A stretch of DNA of 64,000 nucleotides from Octopus vulgaris (GCA_951406725.2 OX597820.1:19716001-19780000), one strand, 5' to 3'; shown: positions 1 to 13,421, numbered from the stretch's first letter. Made by a program: numbers and translations. Notes: generated from the letters alone by a model not told the origin.

Positions 1-1
1 A

Positions 2-475
2 ATGGGTGGACCCATGCCCAATATGGGCGCAATGAATGGTATGAATCCTGGTGGGGGTAATGTATGTGGAGGAATGCCTCCTCATGGCATGGAAGGCAGT
101 ATGCCTCCCCATGGCATGCCCCATCAGTTTAACCCCCAGATGATGGGTGGAGGTCCACCTGGTATGATGAACAATGGAATGATGCAGGGGCAACAAATAA
201 TGCAAGGTCATGGTATGCATCCAGCCATGTCTATGCAAGGAATGCCTCACCCAGCCATGCAGCGAGGCCCACGTATGACTGCGCCACCAAATGGCCCACC
301 ACAGGGGCCAGGATCAAATCCTGTTAGCCCTGGTTTTAGCCAACAATTTCAACAATTTCAGCAACAGCTTTACTCACAAAACCGCCCACGTCAAATGTCC
401 CCAATGGGTAACATGATGCCCAGCCCTGGCCAGCAGTACATGGGCGTAATGCCTAATATGCCTGGTCCCACTTGA
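2..475 (+). CDS. BCL9: 3' part of the terminal coding exon of a Gly/Pro/Met/Gln-rich nuclear protein; tentatively BCL9/legless (Wnt co-activator) C-terminus
   Basis: Open frame from the window edge to TGA at 473-475. GC content is higher than the flanks and the DNA is not a simple repeat. Low-complexity MGGP/MPPHGM sequence ends in FSQQFQQFQQQLYSQ, which resembles from memory the FQQQLY motif near the C-terminus of invertebrate BCL9/legless. Coding status is well supported; the gene name is tentative. Confidence 0.6.
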   Translation: MGGPMPNMGAMNGMNPGGGNVCGGMPPHGMEGSMPPHGMPHQFNPQMMGGGPPGMMNNGMMQGQQIMQGHGMHPAMSMQGMPHPAMQRGPRMTAPPNGPPQGPGSNPVSPGFSQQFQQFQQQLYSQNRPRQMSPMGNMMPSPGQQYMGVMPNMPGPT

Positions 476-2599
476 AGAGGTTCTTTCGGTTATTTAGTGG
501 TGCCTAATAATGGAATTATCACTTGTTGATATGAGGGAAAACAAAAATAGAAAATAGAGGCTGATTGATTTTTTTGCCTGCGTCTAGCAACTATTGGGTT
601 ACTAATAATCGCAGAAGCAGAAGAACCTAGCTCTGTGAGTTGTCATCAACTCCCAAAGGGCAAGTGGAAACAACATAGATGGTTCTTGACCAGCCTCACT
701 CCTCAGCTTTTACCTTAGATTAAATCTTAATGGATCCAAAGCTGCTACAGTTCTAGACATTTCATGGAATACAGTCTGACATTTCGTTAGTCCATTCTTC
801 ACCTGACCTCACCTTTTTTTTTTTGTATATTTCCCCCCATCCCAGTTTCCCACCCACCCACCCACATCCAAAACAAAATTATAAATAGAACTAGACCAGT
901 TGGTCAAATAATAAAAAAAAAAATAATAAATTTTTTTTTTGCTCCCAGAAGGGTGCAAAACATAAACTTGCAACTTGAAACTGGATAAAAAAAAAATTCT
1001 GACAAAACCAGCAAAGAATAGTTGTTCCAAAACCTGCGACTGCAGATTTCTATCAAAGAAGTCTGTGACTGTTGAGCTGCTTATGCAAATCAGGGGCTTT
1101 ATCATTTCGACTTTTATTTCTTAATTAATAGAAGGACTACACGACATTTTTTTCTTTCTTTTTTTTATATATAATATATATACAGAGATGTAAAAATGTG
1201 AGGCTAAAAAAATGTGTTTATTAAATAAAAAAAAATAAAACACACACACACACATCCCCCTTCACTTAAGTCTACCTTATGTCTCTACTGATTTATTATT
1301 ATCATCATTATTATTATTATTATTATCACCATTATTATTATTATCCTCATGTTTTTAAATGTCCAGTCCCTCCTTGTCAATTGAAGCTACTGCTATTATT
1401 AATCTGTGTCCTGTTGAAGACCCGATGTCAGGGCCCCTAATGAAAAAGTAAACAATAAAAAAAGACAAACACTCAAAGAACAAATTCAATTTGGTTTTTA
1501 CCATTTCCTCCCTTGAAAGACAAAGACATAAAAAGATGAAGAAAGAAAGAAAGAAAGAAAACAAAAATTTAGATGTTATTTTTTTCTTGTTTTATCATAT
1601 TTTTTTCTCAAGTAAACGAAAAACAGCCATATCAGACTTTGTTTGTGTTTGCGTGTGTGGGTATATGTGTGCGGCTGTGTTGTTGACTGTGAAAAATTAA
1701 TGGTGACAATTTGGGGGGGAAGGAAAACGCTTTAAAGCGTTCAGGCATCTCATCTTTCAGCTTCAGTTCCTTTGCCGTTCTGTCTATACTTCGAACCTCG
1801 ACTTCCTTTCGACCACACTGGCACCAACGTTACGGAACCTTTATTTTCAACCCCCCTCATCTGATTACACGTGTTGGAATCGAACCCAATTCTCAGCAAA
1901 GGGAAGGCAACAAAGATGTCTCGCTCTTCCCTAATCCCCTTTTACACACGCACATACTCACACACAAAAAATGACATAGAACAATCTTCTTTTACTATAT
2001 ATATACACATATATATGTATATATATAAACTTGTGTTACTTTAATTATGCTCTGGTTTGTAGGTTAACGAATCATCCTTCTTTCTCGTTATTGTCATCAT
2101 TATCATCTTTGTCATCATTATCATCGTAGCAGCCCCTAACATGATAGTAAATACTCAGTGAGGGCCGTGTCTCTCTCTGCCTGGTTTCACTCCTCAGTAA
2201 GATCAGCTTCGTATAACTGGGCTCATAGACTTTCAAATACCATAATCATCACAACTTCCTCTTCTTTCACAGTTTTTAGAGATTTATTATTATTATTATT
2301 ATCATCATCATTATTATTATTATTAGCATTCATCTTCATCAATGTCACCGTGCAGCGAGTCGGAAGAAACAGTAGAAGCAAGGAACAAAATGCTTTTACA
2401 GTAATTAGATTTGTCTCTTAAGGGTGTGTGTTCAAAATCCTGCTTGGTCGACTCTCACCTTCCATCAATCCGAGGGGTTCGATAAAAAATTAAGTAGCAG
2501 TAATATTCTTGGGGAGGGCTGAGCGCAGAGGAGGGAATTCGATCCAGTCATCTCCACCTGTTCCCTAATCATGTATGACCTGTGCCATTGTCAGAAGTT

Positions 2600-2645
<46 letters not shown>

Positions 2646-4450
2646 CAGCCAACTTCATTGCTGGGCCAAATTGATAACCTTTGGTCAAATGAAGCAGTTA
2701 GATAAGAGATCCCTACCCCCCAGGCACATAAAACCCCTCACTTCCTTCCCTCCCTCTCCCCAGCTTTTGTAAGTGGTTGGTGTAACAGAACAAGGATGGA
2801 CTGACCTCTTTATAGAAAGGCTTTTTTTTTTTTTCTTCGGAATCGGTCAACAAGAAGGAGCCTGATTTCTTCAGGAAGTGTATTATTTTTTACTGTTGCT
2901 GCTGCTATCGTTGCTGCTGCTGTGGAAGGGAAAAGAGAGAAGTATATTTTAGCAGGTGTAATAGTCAGGTGGGAGAGCGTGCATTCTGCACCTACCACTA
3001 ACGTTAGCATAACATAATAACCCCGTCCTTTCCCCCGATCCTGATTTGGAATATTTCTGGAACCTACTATCTGTCTGGTTTTTACTTTAGAACAAAAATA
3101 TTAGAAGAAAGGAAGAAAAATATCTTTTTTCAGTTGTGGATTTTTCCTGCCTTGTTTGGACATTATTGATTTTTTTTTTTTTTTTTAACTTACACACATC
3201 AGACATAACAACTTATAATTCCTGCCCCTACCTTAATATCTTATGTTTTACATTATATGTCCCCTATAACAACACATAAGGCCCACGTCAGCTGCTGCAA
3301 AAACGTGAAGATACGTCTTGAGTAAAATATAAAAGAAGAAAAAATGGAAAAAAATAAACTCTGTAAAGTTATCTGTAAATAAAGGATGGTCGAAGGATGT
3401 TCTTCAGTGCATGGAGGGGTGGGGAAAATAAAAAAAAAAAAGCACCAAGCCCTTCCCCCTCCCCTTTTACTCTTTTTTTCATATTCAGCAATAGGGTGCT
3501 GGGTGGGGCTTAGGAGGTACCAAAAAAAAAATTAAAGAAAAAAATAGAAAACGAAACAACAAAAAATAAATGTTTTATAAGCTGTGCTAGGTGCAGTACA
3601 GTGATATCGTGACCAGGCTGCAGCATTCAAGGATCTTGCTACAAGAATAACTGAACTGAAAGAGAGCTTGATGCATGGTGTCGGGGGGCGGGGGCATGTG
3701 GAGCCATGGGTTATGCTTCACTTTATCAGGTTTTATGATAAAATATATAAAATAAAGAAATGCTGGAAGGAAGCTGTCCATTTGAAATTCTTCCAGAGTT
3801 TCATAATTAAAATAAAATTAAAAAAAAAAAAACAACTTTGCTGTCCAAGATATGTCTTTTTTTTTAAAAAAAAAATCTCTATCACACCCTCTCTCCTGTC
3901 TTTTTGCCTTTCTTTCTCTGTCTATCTATCTATCTATCTATCTCTTCCTCCTCCTTTCCCCTCTTTGTTGTCATTGTTTGATTAAATATAATATAATGTA
4001 ATGATAATGATTTAACAGAAATTTTATTACATAAAAAAAAAAAGAACACAAATGGAAAAAAAAAAATAATAAAAAAACAGAACTTTAGCAGGTGAGCCCC
4101 TGATATTAAAAACCCCTAATCCTGCTGTGGACAGACAAATTACCAGGGAGTTATACAAGAAAAATAAAATGCAGGATGTAAAAAAAAAACACAAAAAGAA
4201 AGATAAAGAAAAAATCCTATAATTGAAAAAGAGAGAGATTTTTATTTTTATTTACCCCCTTTCTTTCATTTTTTTTAAACATTTTCCAAAGAAACTTGTA
4301 AATTTTGTTTCTGAGAGAGATAAACAAATGAATAGTAAAGAAAAGGCTGTTACCTTATGGTCAAATTCACAAGCTCTTATTGCATTTTTATTTTGTTATG
4401 TTTTAATTTTATTTTTGCTGTATATGTATATATATGTTGAAATACTTGAC
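476..4450 (+). other. Probable long 3' UTR of the upstream gene
   Basis: Directly follows the stop codon. A/U-rich with homopolymer runs and several AATAAA hexamers (e.g. about 1223, 3352, 3566, 3810, 4068, 4163). Almost free of the SINEs that saturate the rest of the window. The true 3' end is unknown. Confidence 0.5.
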
Positions 4451-5255
4451 TTAATGTTCTGTCCGTCTTTCCTTTGAATTTATATATATATATATATATA
4501 TATGTCTGTAAGTCTAGGTATGTATTTGTGTTTTAAGGTTCCCCATTAGTTTCATGTGAAGAAAGTTCTCAACAATTTTCAAGCCTTTCATACAGAGTGG
4601 CAATGTTCATGTCTATTTTTGATTAAAACAGAAAAAAAGTCCTATACCCTCCCCCCAAAAAAAATCATGAAATTTTGGGTAAACATCAGTGGGAACAACT
4701 CTTAGATGATCACCTCCCTTGGATTCAACTTTTGGAAAAATTAAAATAGGGTGGGAAATTGTTAAGGACTTGCTTAACATGAAACCAATGGTAGCCTTAA
4801 AACACAAAGAATCTTTATCCACCAATGTGGTGTTGAACAATCATTCTCATTGTTCGACATTTGTGTGTGTATGCACACGCACATATATACACACATACAT
4901 ACAAACATATACATACATCCACACATGGTTTGAAGCGCAGCGCAGTGACAAAGTATACAAACAGGACCAGTTCAAATATGTTTGAGTGATATTTGAACAT
5001 GCAAAGGGTTCTCACTGTAGTTTGTTGTGAAAGAAAAAAAATTCTTCAATCATTTTTCTTTCTTTTTTTTCCACAACAAACTCCAGTGAAAAGCTTTTGC
5101 GTGTTCAAATATCACTGAAACATGTTTGAACAGATCTTTAAGTTTACATATCTGTGTGCGCACACATGTGAATGCTTGTGTCAGTATTTGGATTTGTGAA
5201 CTTGAAAATATATGCTGTAATCTACTACCGTGTAATTGTAAATTATGTTGATTTT

Positions 5256-5289
<34 letters not shown>

Positions 5290-5302
5290 AATGCATATGT
5301 AT

Positions 5303-5535
5303 ATATTTCTTTACTACCCACAAGGGGCTAAACATAGAGGGGACAAACAAGGACAGACAAAGGGATTAAGTCGATTACATCGACCCCAGTGCGTAGCTGG
5401 TACTTTATTTATCGACCCCGAAAGGATGAAAGGCAAAGTCGACCTCGGCGGAATTTGAACTCAGAACGTAACGGCGGATGAAATACGGCTACGCATTTCG
5501 CCCGGCGTGCTAACGTTTCTGCCAGCTCACCGCGT
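5303..5535 (-). mobile_element. tRNA-derived SINE, family B (head aaggcggcgagctggcagaaacgttagc..., B-box gagttcaaattcc)
   Basis: Near-identical copies recur at about 5801-6021, 18690-18900, 30185-30417, 40926-41330, 45742-45925, 47348-47760, 59395-59630 and 62770-63000. Pol III A/B-box-like head. Confidence 0.85.
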
Positions 5536-5800
5536 TCTGTATATATTACATACATATGTATATATTATATACACAGACATATTCTCTCTGTTAGTATTAT
5601 TGGGTACTCGTGTCTTTGTATTTGACATATAAAACAATGTGTGTGTGATCATTAAATGCTTGGTCAAAACAATTGCTGCCATAGGTTGTATGCCTCCACT
5701 CTTTTTTATTTTTGTTCTCTCTTATCACCCCCACCACCTGACTAGTTGTATTACCTCAGCCATATTGAGGTCACCAGCATAACACTGGCTTACCTAAACA

Positions 5801-6021
5801 TATTTCTTTATTGCCCACAAGGGGCTAAACATAGAAAGACAGACAAAGGGATTAAGTCGATTACATCGATCCCAGTGCATAACTAGTACTTAATTTATTG
5901 ACCCCGAAAGGATGAAAGGCAAAGTTAATCTCGGTGGAATTTGAACTGAAAACATAGCAGCAGACGAAATACCGCTAAGCATTTCGCCCGGCGTGCTAAC
6001 GTTTCTGCCAGCTCTCCACCT
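5801..6021 (-). mobile_element. SINE family B copy with 21-bp target-site duplication
   Basis: Flanked by taacactggcttacctaaaca at 5780-5800 and 6022-6042. Confidence 0.9.
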
Positions 6022-6327
6022 TAACACTGGCTTACCTAAACAGATTCGTCCAATAAATATTTGAGTATATGTGCACAAGTAAATACATATGTTTGTTTAT
6101 GCGTGGATGTACACTTATGTGTGGTTGTATATATGTATCAAATAATCATCTTTGGCCCAGATCCTTTTTTTTTTTCATTATGGAGTCCATATCACGCAAA
6201 AAAGATTTTAGACTAAAATTGCTATTGAGGTTTTATTGTTACTATGAAATATAACAAGTGAAACTGGTTGGCAATAAATTCAGCTAAAAACTCGTTAAGG
6301 ATTTAGTGTCTTTTGTTTCTTCATATA

Positions 6328-7138
6328 CAGTTTGTCCCAAAAGTCACTGATGGGTTTCAGTTTTTAATAACATCCTTAACTTTACAAATAAATGCATGAA
6401 ATTTTGATACAATATAAGGGACATAATGGAAATCAATATGCACAAGTCAAATTTTGCAACACTACTACATCACATATAAAGAATGACACTGCTTAAATGG
6501 CATTTTCAGCTTTGCACGCCTGTGCTCTTTCCAAAACTTGCACCACAACACCCTCAAGAGTTTCAGACTCCACTCATCTGATTTCTCTGTTGATGTTCTC
6601 CTTCAGTTGCACCAAAGTCTTTTAGTTTGTTGATGCAAACCCACTCTTTCAGGTATCCCCACAAGAGAAAATCTGGGTTAGTCAAGTCTGGGGAACGTGA
6701 CGGCCATTCAGAGTAGACCTCACACATGGTTCCTGCAAGATGGGGTAAACTGTTCATACCACAAGAGAAACAATGCAGTTGCTACGGCAGTGCTTTGGAG
6801 AGAGAATAATCTCCTGCTACACCAATGTCAACTGGCCTTCACGTTCTTCAGACTTGACTAACCTGGATTTTTTTCTTGTGGGGATACCTGAAAGAGAGGG
6901 TTTACAGCAACTAACTGGAGACCCTGGTGCAAATGAAGGAGAACATCAATAGAGAAATCAGAGAAGTGGGGTCTGAAACTATTGAGGGTGTTATGGTGCA
7001 AGTTTTGGAAAAAGCATGGGTGTGTGAAGCCAAAAATGGTAGTCATTTAATTTGCATTATGTCCTTTATATTGTATCAAAATTTCATGCAAGAAGTTATT
7101 AAAAATTGAAACCCAGCAGTAACTTTTGGGACACCCCA
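6328..7138. mobile_element. Non-autonomous fold-back Tc1/mariner element with transposase C-terminal remnants on both strands
   Basis: TA-flanked TIRs (cagtttgtcccaaaagt / acttttgggacacccca). The minus strand encodes WPSRSPDLTNPDFLLWGYLKE (Tc1/mariner WPxxSPDLxPxDFFLWGYLK motif). The plus strand at about 6830-6900 carries the mirrored copy. Confidence 0.85.
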
Positions 7139-7261
7139 TATATATATATATAATAAAAGTAATAATTTGAGAGAATATTATTTCTAACTTACAGGGAAAA
7201 ATTCAATTAAGAAATACTAAATCAAATTTCACAAAACATAATATATATATATATATATATA

Positions 7262-7539
7262 AATTAGAAAAAAAACACCTTTTATCAATTCAAAATGAAC
7301 GATTAAATTACACCATCTAGAAAATTACATATAATAGAAATATAAAGAATAAAATAATAATAAAAACATATATTTGGTAGAATAACGACACATGTTTCGT
7401 GGCTATATTTAAATGATTATAGTAAAAAAATTAATAGTAGTAGTAAAATCACTTCGATATAAATATAGCCACTCATCAGGTTAAAAATAAACTACAATAA
7501 TAAAATAATTAATTAATAAATATACGTAAATAATCTTTT

Positions 7540-7573
<34 letters not shown>

Positions 7574-8103
7574 AAATATTAAATATACATTAAGTGAAAA
7601 CGAAAAACAATACTTAAATTATACAATACTTTAAAATTAATTAATATACACAATGCTAGTACAAGCCATTTATATAGTAATCAAAATAAGAAATGGTTCA
7701 AATATATACAAACTCATATATATTAATTATATAGTTAGCTTATTTAATGTGTAGTTTCTATAGATTTAATATATCACCCGATATATATATATATTTTAAA
7801 AGATTATTTACGTATATTTATTAATTATTTTATTATTGTTTATTCTTAACCTGATGAGTAGCTATATTTATATCGAAGTGATTTTACTACTACTATTAAT
7901 TCTTTTACTATAATCGTTTCTTAAATATAGCCACGAAACATGTCACTATTCTACCAAATATATACGTTTTTATTATTATTTTGCAATTTACTTAATCATC
8001 GGAATATTATTATTTTATTTTTTATATTTCTATTATATGTAATTTTCTAGATGGTGTAATTTAATTGTTCATTTTGAATTGATAAAAGGTGTTTTTTTCT
8101 AAT
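7262..8103. repeat. Long inverted repeat (arms about 7262-7545 and 7790-8103) carrying hammerhead motifs; Penelope pLTR-like
   Basis: The arms are reverse complements with scattered differences and are bounded by (TA)n. Fragments of the same family occur at about 12436-12700. Confidence 0.8.
7383..7483 (-). ncRNA. Type I hammerhead ribozyme motif (intact core)
   Basis: Minus strand reads UAAC-CUGAUGA-GUGGCUAUAUUUA...UAAAUAUAGCCAC-GAAAC-AUGU-GUC-GUUA. This gives stem I UAAC/GUUA, a 13-bp stem II, a minimal stem III and a GUC cleavage triplet. A mirror copy lies on the plus strand at 7851-7944. Confidence 0.75.
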
Positions 8104-8699
8104 TGTTATATATATATATACTTTATTTGTGTATTAACAATGCTACCTATGGTTTCATGTAGTAACTATTCACAATTTTCAAGCATTAGACTTATGAGTG
8201 TTGGTAATCCCTGTCCATGTTGGATAGGCTTGTGCGAGATTACTGCAGTTGCATATATATAGGTTTAACTGATTTCATTGGAATCCCTTCTGTTTATTTT
8301 ATACTCTAATATCGCTTGGTCTTTTGCTATAAAATAAATACTCTCTAGTCCTTCATTTCCCATCAATTAATCGTCCCTCCTACTCCCTACTTTTTTTTTT
8401 TTTCCTGCCTCGCTTCCATCTCTAACTCCCAAAACGTTTTCTTGGCTAGTACATGTGCACTGCCACTTTTCCATCCTTTGATTAGATGAAATTTGTTGCT
8501 GCAGATTTTCTATGGCTGGATGCTCTTCCTATCAGCAACCCTCGTCTGTTTCCAAGCAAGGTAATATTTCCCCATGGCCAGGCATGCTTTTTCATGCAAG
8601 ATTGGAAATGAACAACACTGCTTGTCTGACAGGGATGCTCATTTACAACCATCACATGATGTCTAAACAAGGATAAACACATGCATATAATGTTTGTTC

Positions 8700-8985
8700 C
8701 TTCTTAAGCCATGCCTGGCTCATTAGGGCCGGTTTCCTTGGCGTATAGGTTCCCCACCTGGATGGAATGCCGGCCCATAGTAGGTGAGCTGCAAGATGCA
8801 GGAGGAATGAGTGAGAGAAAGTTGTGGTGAAAGAGTCAGCAGAAGTTCGCCATTACCTTCTGCCTTAGCCACGTGGAGCTTAGGTGTTTCACTCATAAAC
8901 ACACACATCACCCGGTCTGAGATTCGAACCCGCGATCCCTCGACCACGAGTCCACTGGTCTAACCATTAGGCCTTGTGCCTCCAT
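8700..8985 (-). mobile_element. tRNA-derived SINE (other family)
   Basis: tRNA-like head on the minus strand at about 8915-8985 (tggcctaatggtta ... gggttcgaatctc). Body partly similar to 17321-17560. Confidence 0.65.
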
Positions 8986-9350
8986 ATTATATATATATAT
9001 ATATATAAGCAATAATTATAACAATATGGAATACAGACGTGTGTATATATATATATATACATGCACATATGAAGGGTTTTATTTTTTAGTTTCCATCTGC
9101 CAAATCCACAGGGTTTTGGTTGACCGGGGGCTATAGTAGAAAGTAAAAATATACTTGCTCAAAGATCTGCACAGTGGAACTGAACCTAAGACCATATGGT
9201 TGGGAAGCAAGCTTCTTAATCATGCAGCATGGTGATGGCTTCAGAGTAGGTGGTAGGGCCGTAGACTGACATAACTATAACACAATTATTACTGGGAGAA
9301 TCATTATTGGCACGCTGGATGAAATGCTTAGCGGTGTTTCACCCATCTCT

Positions 9351-9563
9351 ATTCTTTTACTCTTACTTGTTTCAGTCATTTGACTGTGGCCATGCTGGAA
9401 CACTGCCTTTAGTCAAGCAAATCGACCCCAGGACTTATTCTTTGTAAGCCTAGTACTTATTCTATTGGTCTCTTTTGCCGAACCACTAAGTTACGGGGAC
9501 GTAAACACACCAGCATCGGTTGTCAAGCGATGTTGGGGGAGACAAACACAGACACACAAACAT

Positions 9564-9602
<39 letters not shown>

Positions 9603-9778
9603 TATATATATCCAATGGACTTCTTTCAATTTCTGTCTACCAAATCCACTTACAAAGCTTTGGTCAGCCCGAGGCTATAGTAGAAGACACTTGCCCAAGG
9701 TGCCTCATAGTGGGACTGAACCCAGAACCATGTGGTTCCAAAGCAAGCTACTTACCACACAGCCACTCCTATGCCTAT
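9351..9778 (-). mobile_element. tRNA-derived SINE, family A (head ggagtggctgtgtggtaag...ggttcagtccc, internal (TA)n/(CA)n, tail (gagtaaaa)n), nested in a family B copy
   Basis: About 20 copies in the window. Family B sequence stops at about 9348 and resumes at about 9779. Confidence 0.9.
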
Positions 9779-10749
9779 GTTTTGAGTTCAAATTCCACCA
9801 TGGTTGACTTTGCTTTTCATCCTTTCGAGATCAATGAAGTGAGTACCAGTTGAGCACTGGGGTTGATGCAATCAACTGTAACCCCCCACCACCACACACA
9901 CATACACAAAATTTCAGGTCTTGTGTCTAAAACAAAAGATTATTTATTATTGGTTCTAATATTTCAAGTTAATTTATCCAATAAGGATATGATAGAAAAA
10001 GAAAAAAAGATGCAACATTTCTCTCTCTCTCTCTCTCTCTCTCGTCCTCTCCCTCGTAGTTCTAAACACAACTGAAGGATGTTGGTTTCAAATTTTGGCA
10101 CCTTGCCAATAATTTGCAGGGAGCAAGTATATTGGATACATTGAGCCCAGTGTTCAGTTGCTAATTTATTCTACCTGGCCCCGAAAGAATGAATGCAAAA
10201 TCAATCTTAGCAGAATTTGAACTCAGAACGTAAGGACAGACGAAATGCTGCTTAGCGTTTCGCCTGGCATGCTAACGATTCTGCCAGTTTGCCCACCTTA
10301 CCATTGCTGCTTGTTATTCGTTTGTGCCCATGCATATGGATATTGGGTTTACATCATATATTTCTATGTATGGGTGTGTGCATTTGTGAGATGGACTTAG
10401 CTGAATGGTTAAGAACTTTGCTTCACAACCATGAGGTCCCTGGGTCAATCCTACTCTGTAACATCTTATGCAAGTGTCTTTACCATAATCTCTAGGCAGC
10501 ACCAAATGTTGAGTGGAAATACATTGAGGAAAAGTATTTAGACACCTGTCGGATGGGCTATATTTGTTATTCCAGGCTCCATCCATATTACATAATTGTG
10601 TCATGCTAATTTTATTGAAGGATTATGGTAATGGTACATATGTCTGTGGAGTACTCAGCCATTTGGCATGCTAGTTCAGTGTGGTTGGTAATCCACTTGA
10701 TATAAGTACTAGATGCTTATATGTAGAAATTGAGATGGAACATATATAT

Positions 10750-12430
10750 ACTGTGTGTGTTAAGAAGCTTGCTTCCCATCCACATGGCTCCAGGTTCAGT
10801 CCCACTGTGTGGCACTTTGGGCAAGTATTTTCTACTATAGGCTCAGGCCAACCAACGCCTTGTGAGTGAATTTGGTTGATGGAAACTGAAAGGAGCCCAT
10901 CATATGTATATGTGTGTGTGTCTGTGTTTACATCCCGATAACTTGGCGGTTCAGCAAAAATGACCAATAGAATAAGTACTGGGGTCAGTTCTTTTGACTA
11001 ACATTTCGTCAAGGCAGTGCTCCAGCATGGCTGCGGTCAAGTTAAAAGTGTGTGTATATATATATATATAGGTACAGGAGTGGCTGTGTGGTAAGCAGCT
11101 TGCTTACCAACCACATGGTTCTGGATTCAGTTTCACTGCGTGGAACCTTGGGCAAGTGTCTTCTACTATAACCCCAGGCTGACCAAAGCCTTGTGAGTAG
11201 ATTTAGTAGTCAGAAATTAAAGAAGCCCGTCATATATGTATATATTTGTGTGTTTGTATTTGTCCCCACCATTGCCTGACAACCGATGTTGGTGTGTTTA
11301 CATCCCCGTAACTTAGCAGTTTGGCAGGCAAAGAGACTGCTAGAATAAGTACTAGGCTTATAAAGAATAAGTCTTGGGGTTGATTTGTTTGAGTGAAGGC
11401 AGTGCTCCAGCATGGCTGCAGTCAAATGACTGAAGCAAATAAAAGAATATATGTCATCATTGGTTGTTCTTCATAGGTTGACATCCAATGGGGCACAAGA
11501 GACTGGACAGTGCGTGAGGCAGTTGGGTTTGTCCCTACCACTACGAGACTGCTTTTCTTAGGTACCAAGTGGTGAACAAGAGTGCAACAAGCATGGCCAA
11601 TGTTGAGGCTGCCTTGCTGTAGCAGCTTTGTTTGTTTGTTGAGAATAGTGGTCTTCATCCCATCAAAGAAATCTCAAAGCTATGAGCTAATGCACAATTA
11701 ATTCAAAACAACATGAATAAGCACAGATAATATTTGACTCAAGTATCTGAATGCTAAATAGTTAAGCTTAGATAATGAAGCTCGTTGGTTAGGAAAGAAA
11801 TAAGCAATCAGTCCATAAACTAAAAAATATCCTTGTGCAACTGTGTGTCTATGTTTATATATATATGTAGTAAGAATAGGTGCAGGCATGGCTGTGTGGT
11901 AAGAAGCTTGCTTCCCAACCACATCGTTCTGGGTTCAGTCCCACTGCATGGCACCCTGAGCTAACCAAAGGCTCCTGAGTAGATTTGGGAGACAGAAACT
12001 GAAAAGAAGTCCATTGTGTGTGTGTGTGTGTATATATATATATACTCTTTACTCTTTTACTTGTTTCAGTCATTTCACTGTAGCCATGCTGGAGCACTGC
12101 CTTTTTGTCGAGCAAATCGACCCCAGGACTTATTCTTTGTAAGCCTATTACTTATTCTATCGGTCTCTTTTGCCGAGCCGCTAAGTTACGAGGACGTAAA
12201 CACACCAGCATCGGTTGTCAAGCGATGTTGGGGGGACAAACACAGACACATACATACATATATATACATATATATATACAACGGGCTTCTTTCAGTTTCC
12301 GTCTACCAAATCCACTCACAAGGTTTTGGTCGGCCCGAGGCTATAGTAGAAGACACTTGCAGTGGGACTGAACACGGAACCATGTGGTTTGTAAGCAAGC
12401 TACTTACCACACAGCCACTCCTACGCCTAT
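10750..12430. mobile_element. Cluster of family A SINEs (about 10750-11040 +, 11070-11447 +, 11878-12030 +, 12044-12430 -)
   Basis: Repeated family A consensus segments (ccttgggcaagtgtcttctactatagc; gtgctccagcatggc). Confidence 0.85.
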
Positions 12431-13177
12431 ATATGAATTAGAAAAAAACCAAGCTTTTATCAATTCAATAATGAAAAATTAAATAACATTTAGAAAAAAT
12501 TACATATTATAGAAAGAGAAAGATTAAATATAAGATAAAACATATAATGATGATTAAGTAATGTGCAAAATAATAAATAAAACGTATATATATTTTTTCT
12601 AATTTATATATATTATATTTTGTGAAATTTGATTTAGTATTTCTAAATTGAATTTTTCCCTGTAAGTTTGGAATAATATTCCCTCATATTATTATTATTG
12701 TATATATATATATCATCATCATAATATTTATGTGTGTATTTGTTTGCTCCCCCACCCCAAAAATCACTGGTTGACAGCTGGTGTTGGTGTGTTTACGTCC
12801 CCATAACTTAGCAGTTCGGCAAAAAAGACCAATTTACTTCAAATTAAACTGTCTTTATAAAGAGGAGACACATTAGTTGATGTAGCTCTAGGAATACCAT
12901 ATCTGAAGAAAAAAATAAATGAGGTGGTCAAGGCTGGGAATCCTTTGATTATAGGCCTGTCTGCTCAGGGTTCTTTACTTTTATTCCTTTTACTTGTTTT
13001 AGTCATTAGAGAGCGGCCATGCTGAGGCATGGCCTTGAAGAATTTTACTTGAATGAATCAACTGCAGTGTTTATTTCTTAAGCCTGGTAGTTGTTCCATC
13101 AGTCTCCTTTATTGAACCACTAAGTTATGGGGACATAAACACACCAACACCTGTTGTTGAACAGTGGTAGAGGACAG

Positions 13178-13208
<31 letters not shown>

Positions 13209-13421
13209 TATATACGACAGGCTTCTTTCAATTTCCATCTACCAAATCTATTCACAGCTTTGGTCGGCTCGAAGCTTTAGGAGAAGACACTTGCCCAAGG
13301 TACCATGCTGTGAGACTGAACCCAGAACCACATGGTTGGGAAGGAAACTCCTTACTACACAGCCATACTTGTGCCTATATAAGTATATATATATAGTTAA
13401 TGTATATATATATATATATAT

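Noticed and set aside
12016-12441. Recurring ORFs with PKVPRSGTEP / SFRLPNPLT peptides
   Set aside because: Translations of family A SINE copies found throughout the window, not a gene family.
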